Shown here: one piece after another, positions 18,091 through 28,039 of the stretch
Layout of the letters: each line of letters opens with the position of its first letter
Position numbering within the stretch: the stretch's first letter is position 1
DNA from: Omnitrophica WOR_2 bacterium RBG_13_41_10
GTDB lineage: Bacteria > Omnitrophota > Gorgyraeia > Gygaellales > Profunditerraquicolaceae
NCBI GenBank assembly: GCA_001805465.1
Contig: MHGH01000013.1
Span: forward strand, 53,631 to 100,016
Direction: 5' to 3'
DNA length: 46,386 nt
Made by a program: the position numbers and the translations under genes
Notes under the pieces: model-generated
Told to the model about the DNA's origin: nothing
What the model saw: only the letters and a program-made list of their open reading frames with translations
The model's database searches: none

Positions 18091-19212
18091 TTATTTATCC
18101 ATAATGTCTTTTAAAACACTTGTAATAAATTTAATCTGCGTTTCTTTTAAATGCGGATACATCGGTAAAGATAAAATTTCTTTTGCTATCCTTTCTGCTA
18201 CTGGAAAATCTCCCTTTTTATAACCTAAATCCTTATATACTTCCTGTAGATGCAGAGGTATGGGGTAATGTATCAATGCTCTAATTCCTTTTTTAGCAAG
18301 TTCCTCTATTACCCTATCTCTATTTTTGACTCTTATTGCAAAAACATGATAAACATGATAGGCATAGCCAGCTTCCAAAGGAAAAATCAGGCCTTTTATG
18401 CCCTGAAGTTCTCTAAGATATATCTTGGCATTCCTACGGCGTAAGGCGTTCCATTTATCCAGATGTTTTAATTTCACCCTTAATACCGCTGCCTGAATGG
18501 TATCAAGCCGGGAGTTATACCCTAAAGTAATATGCTCATAGCGCGAACGGCGGCCGTAGTCGCGCAGCATTAACAGTTTTTTATAAATTCCTTCATCATC
18601 TGTTAAGCACATTCCGCCATCACCAAAAGCACCTAAATTTTTAGTAGGATAAAAACTAAAAGCGCCTATATCAGTCATGCTTCCGGCTATTTCCCATTTA
18701 CCGTTAGGCATCTTATATTTTGCGCCGTGCGCCTGCGCAGTATCTTCTATGGCTTTTAAATTATATGCTTTAGCGATTTTTAAAATAGGCTGCATATCCG
18801 CAGGTTGCCCGTATAAATGGACGGGGATTATAGCCTTGGTTCTATTGGTAATTGCGGCCTTAATCTTACCGGGATCTATATTATAAGTGCGCTCGTTGAT
18901 ATCTACAAAGACTGGCTTGGCACCCGTATAACTTACTGCTAAGGCCGTGGCAATATAAGTAAAAGTTGGCACAATAACTTCATCGCCGGGCCCCACCCTT
19001 AAGCTTAATAATCCTAGAAATAATGCGTCTGTCCCGGAATTAACCCCAACAGCAAATTTCTTATGACAATATTGAGCAAATTCCTTTTCAAATAATGCCA
19101 CCTCTTCTCCTAAAATAAAGTCATAATTTTTTACCGTTTTATTAAAAGCGGCGTTAAAGTCTTTTTTTGCTTCTTTTATCTGTTGACTTAAGTCTAGAAA
19201 TGGTATTTTCAC
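18091..19212 (-). CDS. DegT/DnrJ/EryC1/StrS family PLP-dependent sugar aminotransferase
   Basis: FEKEFAQY, GTDAL, and FSFYPTKNLGAFGDGG, which retains the Schiff-base Lys. Confidence 0.85.
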   Translation of the reverse strand: MKIPFLDLSQQIKEAKKDFNAAFNKTVKNYDFILGEEVALFEKEFAQYCHKKFAVGVNSGTDALFLGLLSLRVGPGDEVIVPTFTYIATALAVSYTGAKPVFVDINERTYNIDPGKIKAAITNRTKAIIPVHLYGQPADMQPILKIAKAYNLKAIEDTAQAHGAKYKMPNGKWEIAGSMTDIGAFSFYPTKNLGAFGDGGMCLTDDEGIYKKLLMLRDYGRRSRYEHITLGYNSRLDTIQAAVLRVKLKHLDKWNALRRRNAKIYLRELQGIKGLIFPLEAGYAYHVYHVFAIRVKNRDRVIEELAKKGIRALIHYPIPLHLQEVYKDLGYKKGDFPVAERIAKEILSLPMYPHLKETQIKFITSVLKDIMDK

Positions 19213-20276
19213 ATTAGTCTCCTCGCCGCTAGATAAACTTCATCTACGGTAATATCCTCTAGGCATTTGTGGTTATTCGAACAACCATAAAAGCGAAAAT
19301 TTTTATAACAAGGCCGGCAGCTCATTTCTTTTTTGATTATTATATCCCTATCGGTTAAAGGATATGGCCCGTAGGCATTTTCATCGCCAGGACCAAAAAG
19401 AGAAACAGTTTTTAATTTTAAAGCTTTGGCTATATGTAGAGTACCACTGTCATTACAAATCAGCAAACCTGAATTACTCAAAACCCCTGCTAGTTCCGTC
19501 AAAGTGGTCTTACCCGCCAAATTGATTATTTTATTTTTCATTAAGGCTGTAATTTTATCCGCAATAACTACTTCCGAGGCATCGCCGAAAATGATTATTT
19601 TTGCTTTCAAGTCCTCTATGAGCCTATCTGCCAATTGAGCAAACCTCTGGGGTGGCCAATGCCTAAACAATCCGTGTTCACCCCAGCTTAAACCTCCTCC
19701 GGGGACGAGCCCGATAACTATGTCGTTATGAAAAATGCCTAATTTGGCCAGAATATCTTTGCTTCTTAAAATATTTTCTCTAGATAAAAATAAATCTAAG
19801 GTTTTATCGTTACTCTCTATATTAATAAATTTTAATAAATCAGCATAATATTCGATTGCATGTTTGTCTTGATAACCGGTAACATCTATTTTGTCTGTTA
19901 AGAATTTTCCGCGATTTTTATAATTTAATCCGATGCGCCTCCTTATCCTTAAGATTTTTGAGATTAAACTGTAGCGATAATCCAGAGAAAAATCAAGGCA
20001 AATATCAAAGTGCCCTCTTTTTATATCCCCAAGTAACCTGAAAAGATGTTTTATACCCAGCCACTTCGAAATACGAAATATTTTTTTTAAATCTCCCCTG
20101 GAAATAGCAAATATCTTATCGATATAGGGGTTATTCTTTAATATATCTTCCACTCTTTCATTACACCAGTAACCGATAAAAGCATCAGGGTAATGCTTCT
20201 TGATAGACTTAATGACGGGCGCAGTAAATAAGACATCGCCTATGCCAAAAGGATTAACAATAAGAAACCTTTTCAT
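19209..20276 (-). CDS. Glycosyltransferase family 9 (heptosyltransferase-like)
   Basis: LIVNPFGIGDVLFTAPV and the C-terminal NDSGTLHIAKAL motif. Confidence 0.8.
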   Translation of the reverse strand: MKRFLIVNPFGIGDVLFTAPVIKSIKKHYPDAFIGYWCNERVEDILKNNPYIDKIFAISRGDLKKIFRISKWLGIKHLFRLLGDIKRGHFDICLDFSLDYRYSLISKILRIRRRIGLNYKNRGKFLTDKIDVTGYQDKHAIEYYADLLKFINIESNDKTLDLFLSRENILRSKDILAKLGIFHNDIVIGLVPGGGLSWGEHGLFRHWPPQRFAQLADRLIEDLKAKIIIFGDASEVVIADKITALMKNKIINLAGKTTLTELAGVLSNSGLLICNDSGTLHIAKALKLKTVSLFGPGDENAYGPYPLTDRDIIIKKEMSCRPCYKNFRFYGCSNNHKCLEDITVDEVYLAARRLM

Positions 20277-21313
20277 CGGGCTTTTTCTTTTATCCGTTTA
20301 ACTATTTCCCTTACTTCTTGTGTCTTATTTTTATCACATACCAATAGCCCATTTTGCGTATCTACAATAATAACATTATTTAGACCAACGGTAGCAACGA
20401 TTTTTTCTTTCGCCCAGACAGTAATATTTTTACTTCCCAGGTCAATATGCCTACCTTGACTAATATTACCATCTTGGTCTTTCTTCATAACCTCGCCTGC
20501 TACCTGGTAACTGCCTAAATCCGACCATCCACAAACCAAAGGTAATAAGGCCAGGCTTTTTGATTTTTCCATAATTGCATAATCTATGGATATGTTAGGG
20601 AACCTAGGCCAAAGTTTATTCAGATCATCCCTATTTTTAATTTTCGTTATAATTCTAAAAGTTTGGGGATTTAGCTTTCGTATTTCTTCTAACAATTTAC
20701 TTGCCTTAAAAATAAAAATACCGCTATTCCAATAAAATCTCTTATTTTTTATGAGGTTGCTTGCCTTGACTAGGCCTGGTTTTTCAATAAATCTATCAAC
20801 CCGATAGGCGGTTATATTCTTTACTTTTAGCTTATCTTTTATTTTGATGTAGCCAAAACCGCCTTCGGCTCTCTTGGGAATAATTCCTAAGGTAACAATA
20901 AAATTAGCAGTTGCTGTTTGAATAGCATTTTTAATAGTTTGCCTGAATGTTCTTTTATCTTTTATAATGTGATCAGAAGGCAATACGACTACAACCGCAT
21001 TTTTATCCATCTTGTATATTTTATTAACTAAGACTGCTATCGCAGCTAAAGTATTTTTGCTTCCTAGTTCAAATAAAATATTCTTTGCAAGTATCCCTGT
21101 CTTTTTCAAGCACTGTTGTATTGCCTTTTTATATGTTTTATTGGTGGCAATATAAATATTTCGCTTAGTAACCGGGCCGCTTATCCTCTCAATACTTTCT
21201 ACTAATAGCGGCTTATTAGAAAAAAGGCTTAAAAACTGTTTTGGTTTAGCATCAGTGCTCAATGGCCAAAAACGGCTCCCTATCCCTCCGGCTAACACAA
21301 TCGCGTAATTCAT
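20273..21313 (-). CDS. Mannose-1-phosphate guanylyltransferase-like sugar-phosphate nucleotidyltransferase (no cupin/PMI domain)
   Basis: VLAGGIGSRFWPLS...KPKQFL and the VLPSDH motif. It is 346 aa. Confidence 0.75.
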   Translation of the reverse strand: MNYAIVLAGGIGSRFWPLSTDAKPKQFLSLFSNKPLLVESIERISGPVTKRNIYIATNKTYKKAIQQCLKKTGILAKNILFELGSKNTLAAIAVLVNKIYKMDKNAVVVVLPSDHIIKDKRTFRQTIKNAIQTATANFIVTLGIIPKRAEGGFGYIKIKDKLKVKNITAYRVDRFIEKPGLVKASNLIKNKRFYWNSGIFIFKASKLLEEIRKLNPQTFRIITKIKNRDDLNKLWPRFPNISIDYAIMEKSKSLALLPLVCGWSDLGSYQVAGEVMKKDQDGNISQGRHIDLGSKNITVWAKEKIVATVGLNNVIIVDTQNGLLVCDKNKTQEVREIVKRIKEKAR

Positions 21314-22302
21314 CCTATAACGCTCCTTACTTTATCTAAAACCTCTGCTACAGTAATATCATCTAAATTATTTTTCTCTATTATAATGCTCCCTTTGCTC
21401 TTTGGGCCCCATCTGGTAGCGCTTTTTCCCGGGATATCGCTGCGAAATATGGCTATTACCGGAATATCTACGCAGCAAGCCAAGTGCACGGGACCGCTAT
21501 CCCCAGAGATAAGTAATTTTGTTTTTTTAAACAGCCCTGCCAATTCTTTGAGGGTTGTCTTTCCTGTCAAATCAATTATGCTGTCATTTAAATTAGTAAA
21601 ATATTCCTGGCTTTTTATGACCTCTTCTTTGCCGCCGATTATAACCACACTTAAATTTGTTTCTTTGACTATTTTTACTGCTAATTCTATAAAATTATGT
21701 ACCGGCCATTGTTTTATGGAATCGCTCGTCCAAGGGTGTATAATAATAAATCCGGATTCATTGTTTATACCGCGTTTGGCTAAAATTTTTAACGCCTGCC
21801 CCTCCTCTTCCTTATCAATAAAAACAGAAGGCAACCGGTTATCTGAATCTACGCCAATAGCTTTTACTAAATCAAAATTATAATCAATTTCATGTTTAAT
21901 ACCTAAAGACTTAAGGTCCTTAATCTTTCTATTCAAAAGGAATCTCCACTTACGGCCGTAGCCGACTCTAATAGGAATCCCGGCTAAAAAAGTTATCAGA
22001 TGAAATTTTTTCTTGGGATTAAAAATTACTGCTAAATCAAATCTATGTTTTCTTATTTCATTTATAGTCTTTATAGTCCGTACGATACCTCTATTGAGAG
22101 AGTCATCATATTCTAAAATTTCATCAATTGTTTTATTTCCACGAATAAGCTCTGTGCTATAGGGATGAGCCATTACGGTAAGACGGCTTTTGGAGAAATT
22201 TTCTTTCAGCGCAAAAATCGCAGGCAAGGTCAAGATAAATTCACCAAATCGATCTGTCCTTATTGCCAAAATATTTTTAATTTCCTTTGCATCTATCTTC
22301 AT
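21310..22302 (-). CDS. Glycosyltransferase family 9 (heptosyltransferase-like)
   Basis: ILAIRTDRFGEFILTLPA and the C-terminal GDSGPVHLA motif. Confidence 0.8.
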   Translation of the reverse strand: MKIDAKEIKNILAIRTDRFGEFILTLPAIFALKENFSKSRLTVMAHPYSTELIRGNKTIDEILEYDDSLNRGIVRTIKTINEIRKHRFDLAVIFNPKKKFHLITFLAGIPIRVGYGRKWRFLLNRKIKDLKSLGIKHEIDYNFDLVKAIGVDSDNRLPSVFIDKEEEGQALKILAKRGINNESGFIIIHPWTSDSIKQWPVHNFIELAVKIVKETNLSVVIIGGKEEVIKSQEYFTNLNDSIIDLTGKTTLKELAGLFKKTKLLISGDSGPVHLACCVDIPVIAIFRSDIPGKSATRWGPKSKGSIIIEKNNLDDITVAEVLDKVRSVIG

Positions 22303-22323
22303 AAATAAACTAAGGGCTCTTTA

Positions 22324-23010
22324 TTATCCAAAGAATTTTACCTTCAAAGTTGCTATAATCGCTGGTATTATATCGCTGGCTTTAACTTTTTTTCCTTCAA
22401 TCCTTGGTCGATAAGTTACAGCTATCTCTTTAATTCTAAATCTATATTTACATAATTTACTTACTACCTCAAAATCAAAACCAATACCGGTTGCTTGAGG
22501 ATTAATGGTTCTTAAAGCACTGGTACGATAAAACCTGTTGCCAATAATATCGGTAAAATTCTTATGATAAAAAAGATTGTTTAAAGAAGTAGTGATTATG
22601 GTCCCCAAATAAAACGGCCTATCTACTACAATGTTAATTTTAGAGTCGGCCTTTCTTTTCAATAAACGCGACCCAAAGACAGCATCAAGCCTTTCTTTTT
22701 CGGCTAATTCCAACATTTCGTACACGCAGCTTGGGTCATATTCTAAATCAGAATTATGCACGTACATGTATTCGCCTTTAGCCAACTTCATCCCCGTGAT
22801 CACCGACATGCCATAACCGTAATTTCTCGGTTGATAGACTATTTCCAGCGAGCTATCATTTATTTTTTTTAGAATTTCTCTTGTTCCGTCAGTAGAATAA
22901 TTATCCACGATAATGATCTGTTTCTCTATAGCTAAATCCTTGGCTTGCTCGATTGCTTTTACGATAGTGGATTCCTCATTATATACGGTAATTACTACTG
23001 TTAATTTCAT
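22324..23010 (-). CDS. Glycosyltransferase family 2 (polyprenyl-phosphate glycosyltransferase-like)
   Basis: LTVVITVYNEE, IIIVDNYSTDGT and HNSDLEYDP. Confidence 0.8.
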   Translation of the reverse strand: MKLTVVITVYNEESTIVKAIEQAKDLAIEKQIIIVDNYSTDGTREILKKINDSSLEIVYQPRNYGYGMSVITGMKLAKGEYMYVHNSDLEYDPSCVYEMLELAEKERLDAVFGSRLLKRKADSKINIVVDRPFYLGTIITTSLNNLFYHKNFTDIIGNRFYRTSALRTINPQATGIGFDFEVVSKLCKYRFRIKEIAVTYRPRIEGKKVKASDIIPAIIATLKVKFFG

Positions 23011-23011
23011 T

Positions 23012-24340
23012 TTACCTTAGCCTAAAAAAAGAATGGAATTTATCCAGGATATAGGCCATTTCCTTATGGCCTAACTTTGGATAAATGCCTATAAAAAATG
23101 AATTAGTCATTATAATATCTGAATTTTTAAGGCCGCCGACTATGCGGCATCTGATATCTTGGAAGGCCGGCTGCCTTAAGATATTTCCTGCAAAAATCAG
23201 CCTTGTTTGAATTTTTGCCTTTTCCAAAAAAGAGACCAAATCTTGCCTCCTAAATCCTACCTTTTCTCTTACGGTTATTGGAAAACAAAACCAAGAAGGC
23301 TGAGCTAACTGTTCCTGTTTAGGTAATATTAAAAAATCTTCGTATTTTCTTAATCCTTTGTAGAGGATATTAAAATTTTCCTTTCTTTTGCGCAGAAAAA
23401 AAGGAAGCTTTCTTAGCTGCTCTATTCCTATAGCAGCCTGCATATCGGTCAACTTAAGATTATAACCGATATGAGAATATATATATTTATGATCATAGCC
23501 AAACGGAAGCTTTCCCATCTTGCATCTAAATCTCTTTCCGCAAGTATTGTCTCTGCCAGAATCACACCAACAATCCCTGCCCCAATCACGAAAAGAACTT
23601 AGAATCTTCTTCAATGCTACATCATCAGTTAATACTGCGCCACCCTCACCTGTAGTTATATGATGAGCAGGATAAAAACTCGAAGTAGACAAATGCCCAA
23701 AGGTTCCTGTATATTTTTCATTATATTTTGCTCCCAAGGCATCGCAATTATCCTCGATAAGCCACAGATTATATTTTTTTACTATTTTCATAATTCTTAA
23801 GATATTTGCTGGATTACCAAGGGCATGGGCAATAAACAATCCTTTAGTCTTTTTGCTTATTGCCCTTTCTATTTTTTCTGCCTGAATATTATATGTTCCT
23901 AAATCAACATCGATAAAGACCGGGACTAGATTATTTTGGATGATGGGAGCTAAAGTCGTAGGAAAACAACAGGCGGTTGTAATAATCTCATCGCCAGATT
24001 GTAATGTTTTATTGCCTAACTTAGAGGATGTGAGCCCAGAAACAGCCAAAAGATTTGCTGATGAACCAGAGTTAGTAAGCATACAATATTTTATACCTAA
24101 AAATCTTGCTAAACCCTCTTCAAACTGCTTGGCAAATCTACCTGCGGTCAGCCAAAACTCCAAAGCAGCCTCAACTAGCTTCGATAACTCTTTGTCATCG
24201 TAAACACGCCCCGCGTAATGAATAATGGATTTTCCCGGTATAAATTGCTCGCTATTTTTATTTGACTCATAAAAAATAGAAACTTTTTCTAAGATTTCTT
24301 TTTTAATTTTTTTCTTGGTCTTATTTATTTTATGGCTCAT
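23012..24340 (-). CDS. rfbH: CDP-6-deoxy-L-threo-D-glycero-4-hexulose-3-dehydrase (E1; RfbH/DdhC)
   Basis: It has a DegT fold, but His replaces the Schiff-base Lys (SSFYPAHHITTGEGG). The E1 [2Fe-2S] spacing C-X57-C-X1-C-X7-C is exact by hand count (NCDALG...RDCWCDSGRDNTC). Confidence 0.85.
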   Translation of the reverse strand: MSHKINKTKKKIKKEILEKVSIFYESNKNSEQFIPGKSIIHYAGRVYDDKELSKLVEAALEFWLTAGRFAKQFEEGLARFLGIKYCMLTNSGSSANLLAVSGLTSSKLGNKTLQSGDEIITTACCFPTTLAPIIQNNLVPVFIDVDLGTYNIQAEKIERAISKKTKGLFIAHALGNPANILRIMKIVKKYNLWLIEDNCDALGAKYNEKYTGTFGHLSTSSFYPAHHITTGEGGAVLTDDVALKKILSSFRDWGRDCWCDSGRDNTCGKRFRCKMGKLPFGYDHKYIYSHIGYNLKLTDMQAAIGIEQLRKLPFFLRKRKENFNILYKGLRKYEDFLILPKQEQLAQPSWFCFPITVREKVGFRRQDLVSFLEKAKIQTRLIFAGNILRQPAFQDIRCRIVGGLKNSDIIMTNSFFIGIYPKLGHKEMAYILDKFHSFFRLR

Positions 24341-24343
24341 AAG

Positions 24344-26089
24344 CTAAGCGCGTAATGGTTTAATGATCATATTTGCTTTAAATTCATCGTCTGTTAAATA
24401 AGGATCTTGATCTTCCAATGGCTTATTCACCGCTAATTTAGGTAGAACCATACAGCCTTTCTTTATATCAACTTCTAAGAAACTTGGTTCGGTATCGTGA
24501 AAAATATTTTTTAGCGCTCTTTTAATTTGGCGGTTGTGTTTTATCCGTGTTGCCCTAATCTTATATGCAGAAACTAGGTCTTGAAAATCTGGCTCACTAT
24601 ATCCGATAACTGTAGATTGATACCTACCTGCAAAATATTGCTTTTGAAATTGCCTCACCATTCCATAACAATGATTGTTCAAGAGTATTATCTTGATGGG
24701 TAATTGATGGTGATATAGTGTTTGTAATTCCTGAACGTTTAGCTGAAAGCCGCCGTCGCCGGTAATCGCTACAATGATTTTTCCAGGTTTTGCAAAGGAT
24801 GCGCCGATTGCTGAAGATAAAACTGAACCCATAGCTGCCATACCGCCCTGAGTCAAAAACCGCTCTGAACCCTTTATCTTAAAGGATTGAGCTGCCCACA
24901 TTTGATTTTGACCGATATCTACGCAGATAATTGCACCTCTCGGAGCATATTCAGAAAGGGTATGGATGAAAAAATTTGGGTCGATGATATTGTCTTTGGT
25001 GGGATTTTTATAGGAAGGGTATTTATCCTTATATTCTTTTATTCTTTTTTTCCAAGACAATAATTTAGCTTTATTGAATTTTTTGATCTGCCTATTTAGC
25101 ACCGTAAGAAATTTTTCTACATCGGCATTCACTGCAAAATCCACTTTAATCTTATTATTGAGTTCACGGGGATCTATATCAACATGGATTATTTTAGCTT
25201 CTCTGGCAAATGTCTTAGTATTAGTGCCGGTCTGCCGCGTATCAAATCTCGTTCCTAAAGCCAAAACTAAATCTGCGTTTGCAATGGTTAAATTGGCGTA
25301 ACGATTACCGTAAGTACCAATCATCCCGACGAAATAATTTCCGCTATGGGGTATCGAATCTAACCCCATCAAAGAAGTAACGACGGGGATGCCTGTCTTA
25401 CGGATAAATTCTAATAGCACATCGCAGGCATTAGCAACTCTGACACCACCACCTGCCAAAATTACCGGCCGCTGAGCTTCTTTGAGGGTTCTGATTATAT
25501 TCTTTATTAATCGCGTATCAATGTATTGTACTACTTTTGGTTCCCGATATGATTTTAATAAATTAGGATTAATATCAGCTCGCTGTATGTTCATTGGAAT
25601 ATCCAGTAACACCGGGCCTGGCCGGCCGGACTTTGCCAAAAAAACCGCTTTTTCTAAATAATATCTTATCTTATTGGGCTGAGTTACTAGAATCGCTTCT
25701 TTAACAAGCGGCCTGATTATTTTTACAATATCTGTTTCTTGAAAACCGATTTGTCTCACCGGCTTGTTAAATTTGAACTCATAGGTATTAACCTGCCCGG
25801 TTATAAAAATACAAGGCGTGCTATCAAAAAAAGCGTTGCCAATTCCGGTGATTAAATTAGTTGCTCCCGGTCCGCTAGTTGCCATTGCTACGCCGATATG
25901 CCCACTGGCGCGGGCATAACCTTCAGCGGCAAATGCTGCGGCCTGCTCATGGTGCATAGAGACAGTAGATATATCTTTTCTTTTATATAATGAATCAAGT
26001 AGGTGCGTTATTGCTCCGCCGCAAACTTCAAAAATATACTGAATATTTTGCGAAACCAGGAAATCGATAACATAATCAGAGAGCTTCAT
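24344..26089 (-). CDS. Thiamine-diphosphate-dependent enzyme, acetolactate-synthase-large-subunit-like (YerE-like candidate)
   Basis: 581 aa with the three-domain AHAS layout. It has the N-terminal HEQAAAFAAEGYAR, TSGPGATN, and the ThDP motif GDGGFQLNVQEL...LLNN. It is embedded between the CDP-sugar genes. Confidence 0.8.
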   Translation of the reverse strand: MKLSDYVIDFLVSQNIQYIFEVCGGAITHLLDSLYKRKDISTVSMHHEQAAAFAAEGYARASGHIGVAMATSGPGATNLITGIGNAFFDSTPCIFITGQVNTYEFKFNKPVRQIGFQETDIVKIIRPLVKEAILVTQPNKIRYYLEKAVFLAKSGRPGPVLLDIPMNIQRADINPNLLKSYREPKVVQYIDTRLIKNIIRTLKEAQRPVILAGGGVRVANACDVLLEFIRKTGIPVVTSLMGLDSIPHSGNYFVGMIGTYGNRYANLTIANADLVLALGTRFDTRQTGTNTKTFAREAKIIHVDIDPRELNNKIKVDFAVNADVEKFLTVLNRQIKKFNKAKLLSWKKRIKEYKDKYPSYKNPTKDNIIDPNFFIHTLSEYAPRGAIICVDIGQNQMWAAQSFKIKGSERFLTQGGMAAMGSVLSSAIGASFAKPGKIIVAITGDGGFQLNVQELQTLYHHQLPIKIILLNNHCYGMVRQFQKQYFAGRYQSTVIGYSEPDFQDLVSAYKIRATRIKHNRQIKRALKNIFHDTEPSFLEVDIKKGCMVLPKLAVNKPLEDQDPYLTDDEFKANMIIKPLRA

Positions 26090-27072
26090 ATGTTTATTCC
26101 TATTTTATAATTATCGCTTTTATATAAAGACAGATTTTCTTTGAACCATTCAATAGTTTTCTTTAAACCTGCTTTTAAAGAATAAGTTGGCATCCAGTTT
26201 AAGATTTTTTTTGCCTGTGAAATATCGGCAACCCAAACTGACGGTTCAATACGCGGATTAGGAATACGGCCCCAATCAGGCTTAACTTTCTTTCCTGTTA
26301 ACTTGATGATTTCGCTGACAACCTCATATACCGAATTCTGATTACCCGAACCGATATTAAATATCCCGCCTTTAACTTTGCTGCTATTTTCTATGGTTTT
26401 CATATAAGCGCTTACCACATCTTCAATAAATACGAAATCTCTCACTGGTTCCGGAGATGAAACCCCGGGATTTTCGCCATTTATGCAAGATAATATTACC
26501 GAAGGAATCAACCGGTTAGCTTCTTCGTAATATCCGTATGGCGAAAACAACCTTAGTGTTACTATTTGCCGGCCTTCGCTTATAGCCACTGCTTGACAAT
26601 ATAAAGTGGCGGCGGCTTTTGATACTCCGTAATCGGTTACCGGAGCTAATATGCCGCTTTCCTTCATTGGTTTAGATTTTATACCATATTCCGAAGAAGA
26701 ACCAGTATTTATAAAAATTTCGAAATCTATCATTTTACATGCATTGATTAGATTGACTGTGCCCATAAAATTAGATTCAAGAATTTTTCTGTCTTCTTTT
26801 TGAAAAAGATATCCTCCGTAAGCTGCTGTATGTAATATGATATTTGGTTTGATATTTAAAATATTTTTTTCTAAAACAGGGTAATCTAACAATTCTACGG
26901 TATATTGCTTTAAATCATTCGGGACATCAGCTATCCTCCATTTATTTGAGTCTTTACGGGTAAAAATATGCACTTGGGCACCTGTCTTTAAGAAGGCGCG
27001 CGTAAGATTTGCGCCAACAAAACCATTGGCACCGGTAATTAAGACCTTTTTGCGAAGTAATCTTGATACCAT
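26086..27072 (-). CDS. NAD(P)-dependent sugar epimerase/reductase (extended SDR)
   Basis: VLITGANGFVGANL and the catalytic YGVSKAAATLY. It overlaps both neighbouring genes. Confidence 0.8.
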   Translation of the reverse strand: MVSRLLRKKVLITGANGFVGANLTRAFLKTGAQVHIFTRKDSNKWRIADVPNDLKQYTVELLDYPVLEKNILNIKPNIILHTAAYGGYLFQKEDRKILESNFMGTVNLINACKMIDFEIFINTGSSSEYGIKSKPMKESGILAPVTDYGVSKAAATLYCQAVAISEGRQIVTLRLFSPYGYYEEANRLIPSVILSCINGENPGVSSPEPVRDFVFIEDVVSAYMKTIENSSKVKGGIFNIGSGNQNSVYEVVSEIIKLTGKKVKPDWGRIPNPRIEPSVWVADISQAKKILNWMPTYSLKAGLKKTIEWFKENLSLYKSDNYKIGINI

Positions 27073-28019
27073 TTAATTGTTTCCTTGAGGGCTGCCTCTA
27101 ACTTATGATGCGGCCTCCATTTTAATATTTTTTTAGCTTTAGCAGCCGAAAGATACTGATATTTAATTTCGTATTTTGCTTGATTGGTTATCTTGTAATT
27201 CGGTTTTTGTTTACCCGATAACCGGGATATTATTTTGACTAATTCTAAAACTGAAAGAGGAGATTCATTGCTGAAATTAAACGCCTCGCCACTAATTTTC
27301 AAGTTTTGCATGTTCTCTGCCAAAAGTAGATACCCAGAAATGATGTCTTTTATATAGATATAATCTCGCGTAAATTTTCCGTCACTGCGGATAATTAAGG
27401 TTTTATTTTTTATAATTGACCTTATAGCATCGGGTACAATCCTTGAAAAATTAAAATCTCCGGGTCCAAAGATATTCCCGCAACGCGTAATGCATACCGG
27501 CAAGCCATAGGTATGAAAATATGTGTAAGCTAATAAGTCTGCGCAGCTTTTAGACACATCGTAGGGATGGCAACCACAGAGCGACGAATCTTCCCGATAA
27601 GGCAATTTATTCTTGATTCCGTATGCCTTATCGCTCGAAGCTATAATGGCTCCTTTGGTAAATTTAGAGTGTCTTGAGGCTTCTAAAATGTTCCAGGTCC
27701 CTCTGATATTGGTGGAAAATGTCTCCAGAGGATCAGCTAACGCTTCCCCTACCAGAGAAGTAGCGGCTAAATGAAAAATAAATTCTATTTTATTTTGTAT
27801 AATAATTTTATAAACCAAATCATAGTCTGCAACGCTTCCTTTTATAATGTTAATCTTGCTAGAATCATTGGTTAAAATAGTATTCTTTCTGCGGGTTAAT
27901 ATATCCAAACCGAATACATTGGCCTGATATTGTAATAATGCCAAAGTTAAATGAGAACCTACAAAACCTTCATAACCGGTAATAAGGATATTTTTATTTT
28001 TCCAGAAGTTATTTTGCAT
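27039..28019 (-). CDS. rfbG: CDP-glucose 4,6-dehydratase
   Basis: MQNNFWKNKNILITGYEGFVGSHL and YDVSKSCADLL. I set the start to the ATG at 28019, which is preceded by GGAGGT. The longer track ORF overlaps rfbF. Confidence 0.85.
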   Translation of the reverse strand: MQNNFWKNKNILITGYEGFVGSHLTLALLQYQANVFGLDILTRRKNTILTNDSSKINIIKGSVADYDLVYKIIIQNKIEFIFHLAATSLVGEALADPLETFSTNIRGTWNILEASRHSKFTKGAIIASSDKAYGIKNKLPYREDSSLCGCHPYDVSKSCADLLAYTYFHTYGLPVCITRCGNIFGPGDFNFSRIVPDAIRSIIKNKTLIIRSDGKFTRDYIYIKDIISGYLLLAENMQNLKISGEAFNFSNESPLSVLELVKIISRLSGKQKPNYKITNQAKYEIKYQYLSAAKAKKILKWRPHHKLEAALKETIKWYQDYFAKRS

Positions 28020-28039
28020 GGTGAGGTACCTCCACCCTA

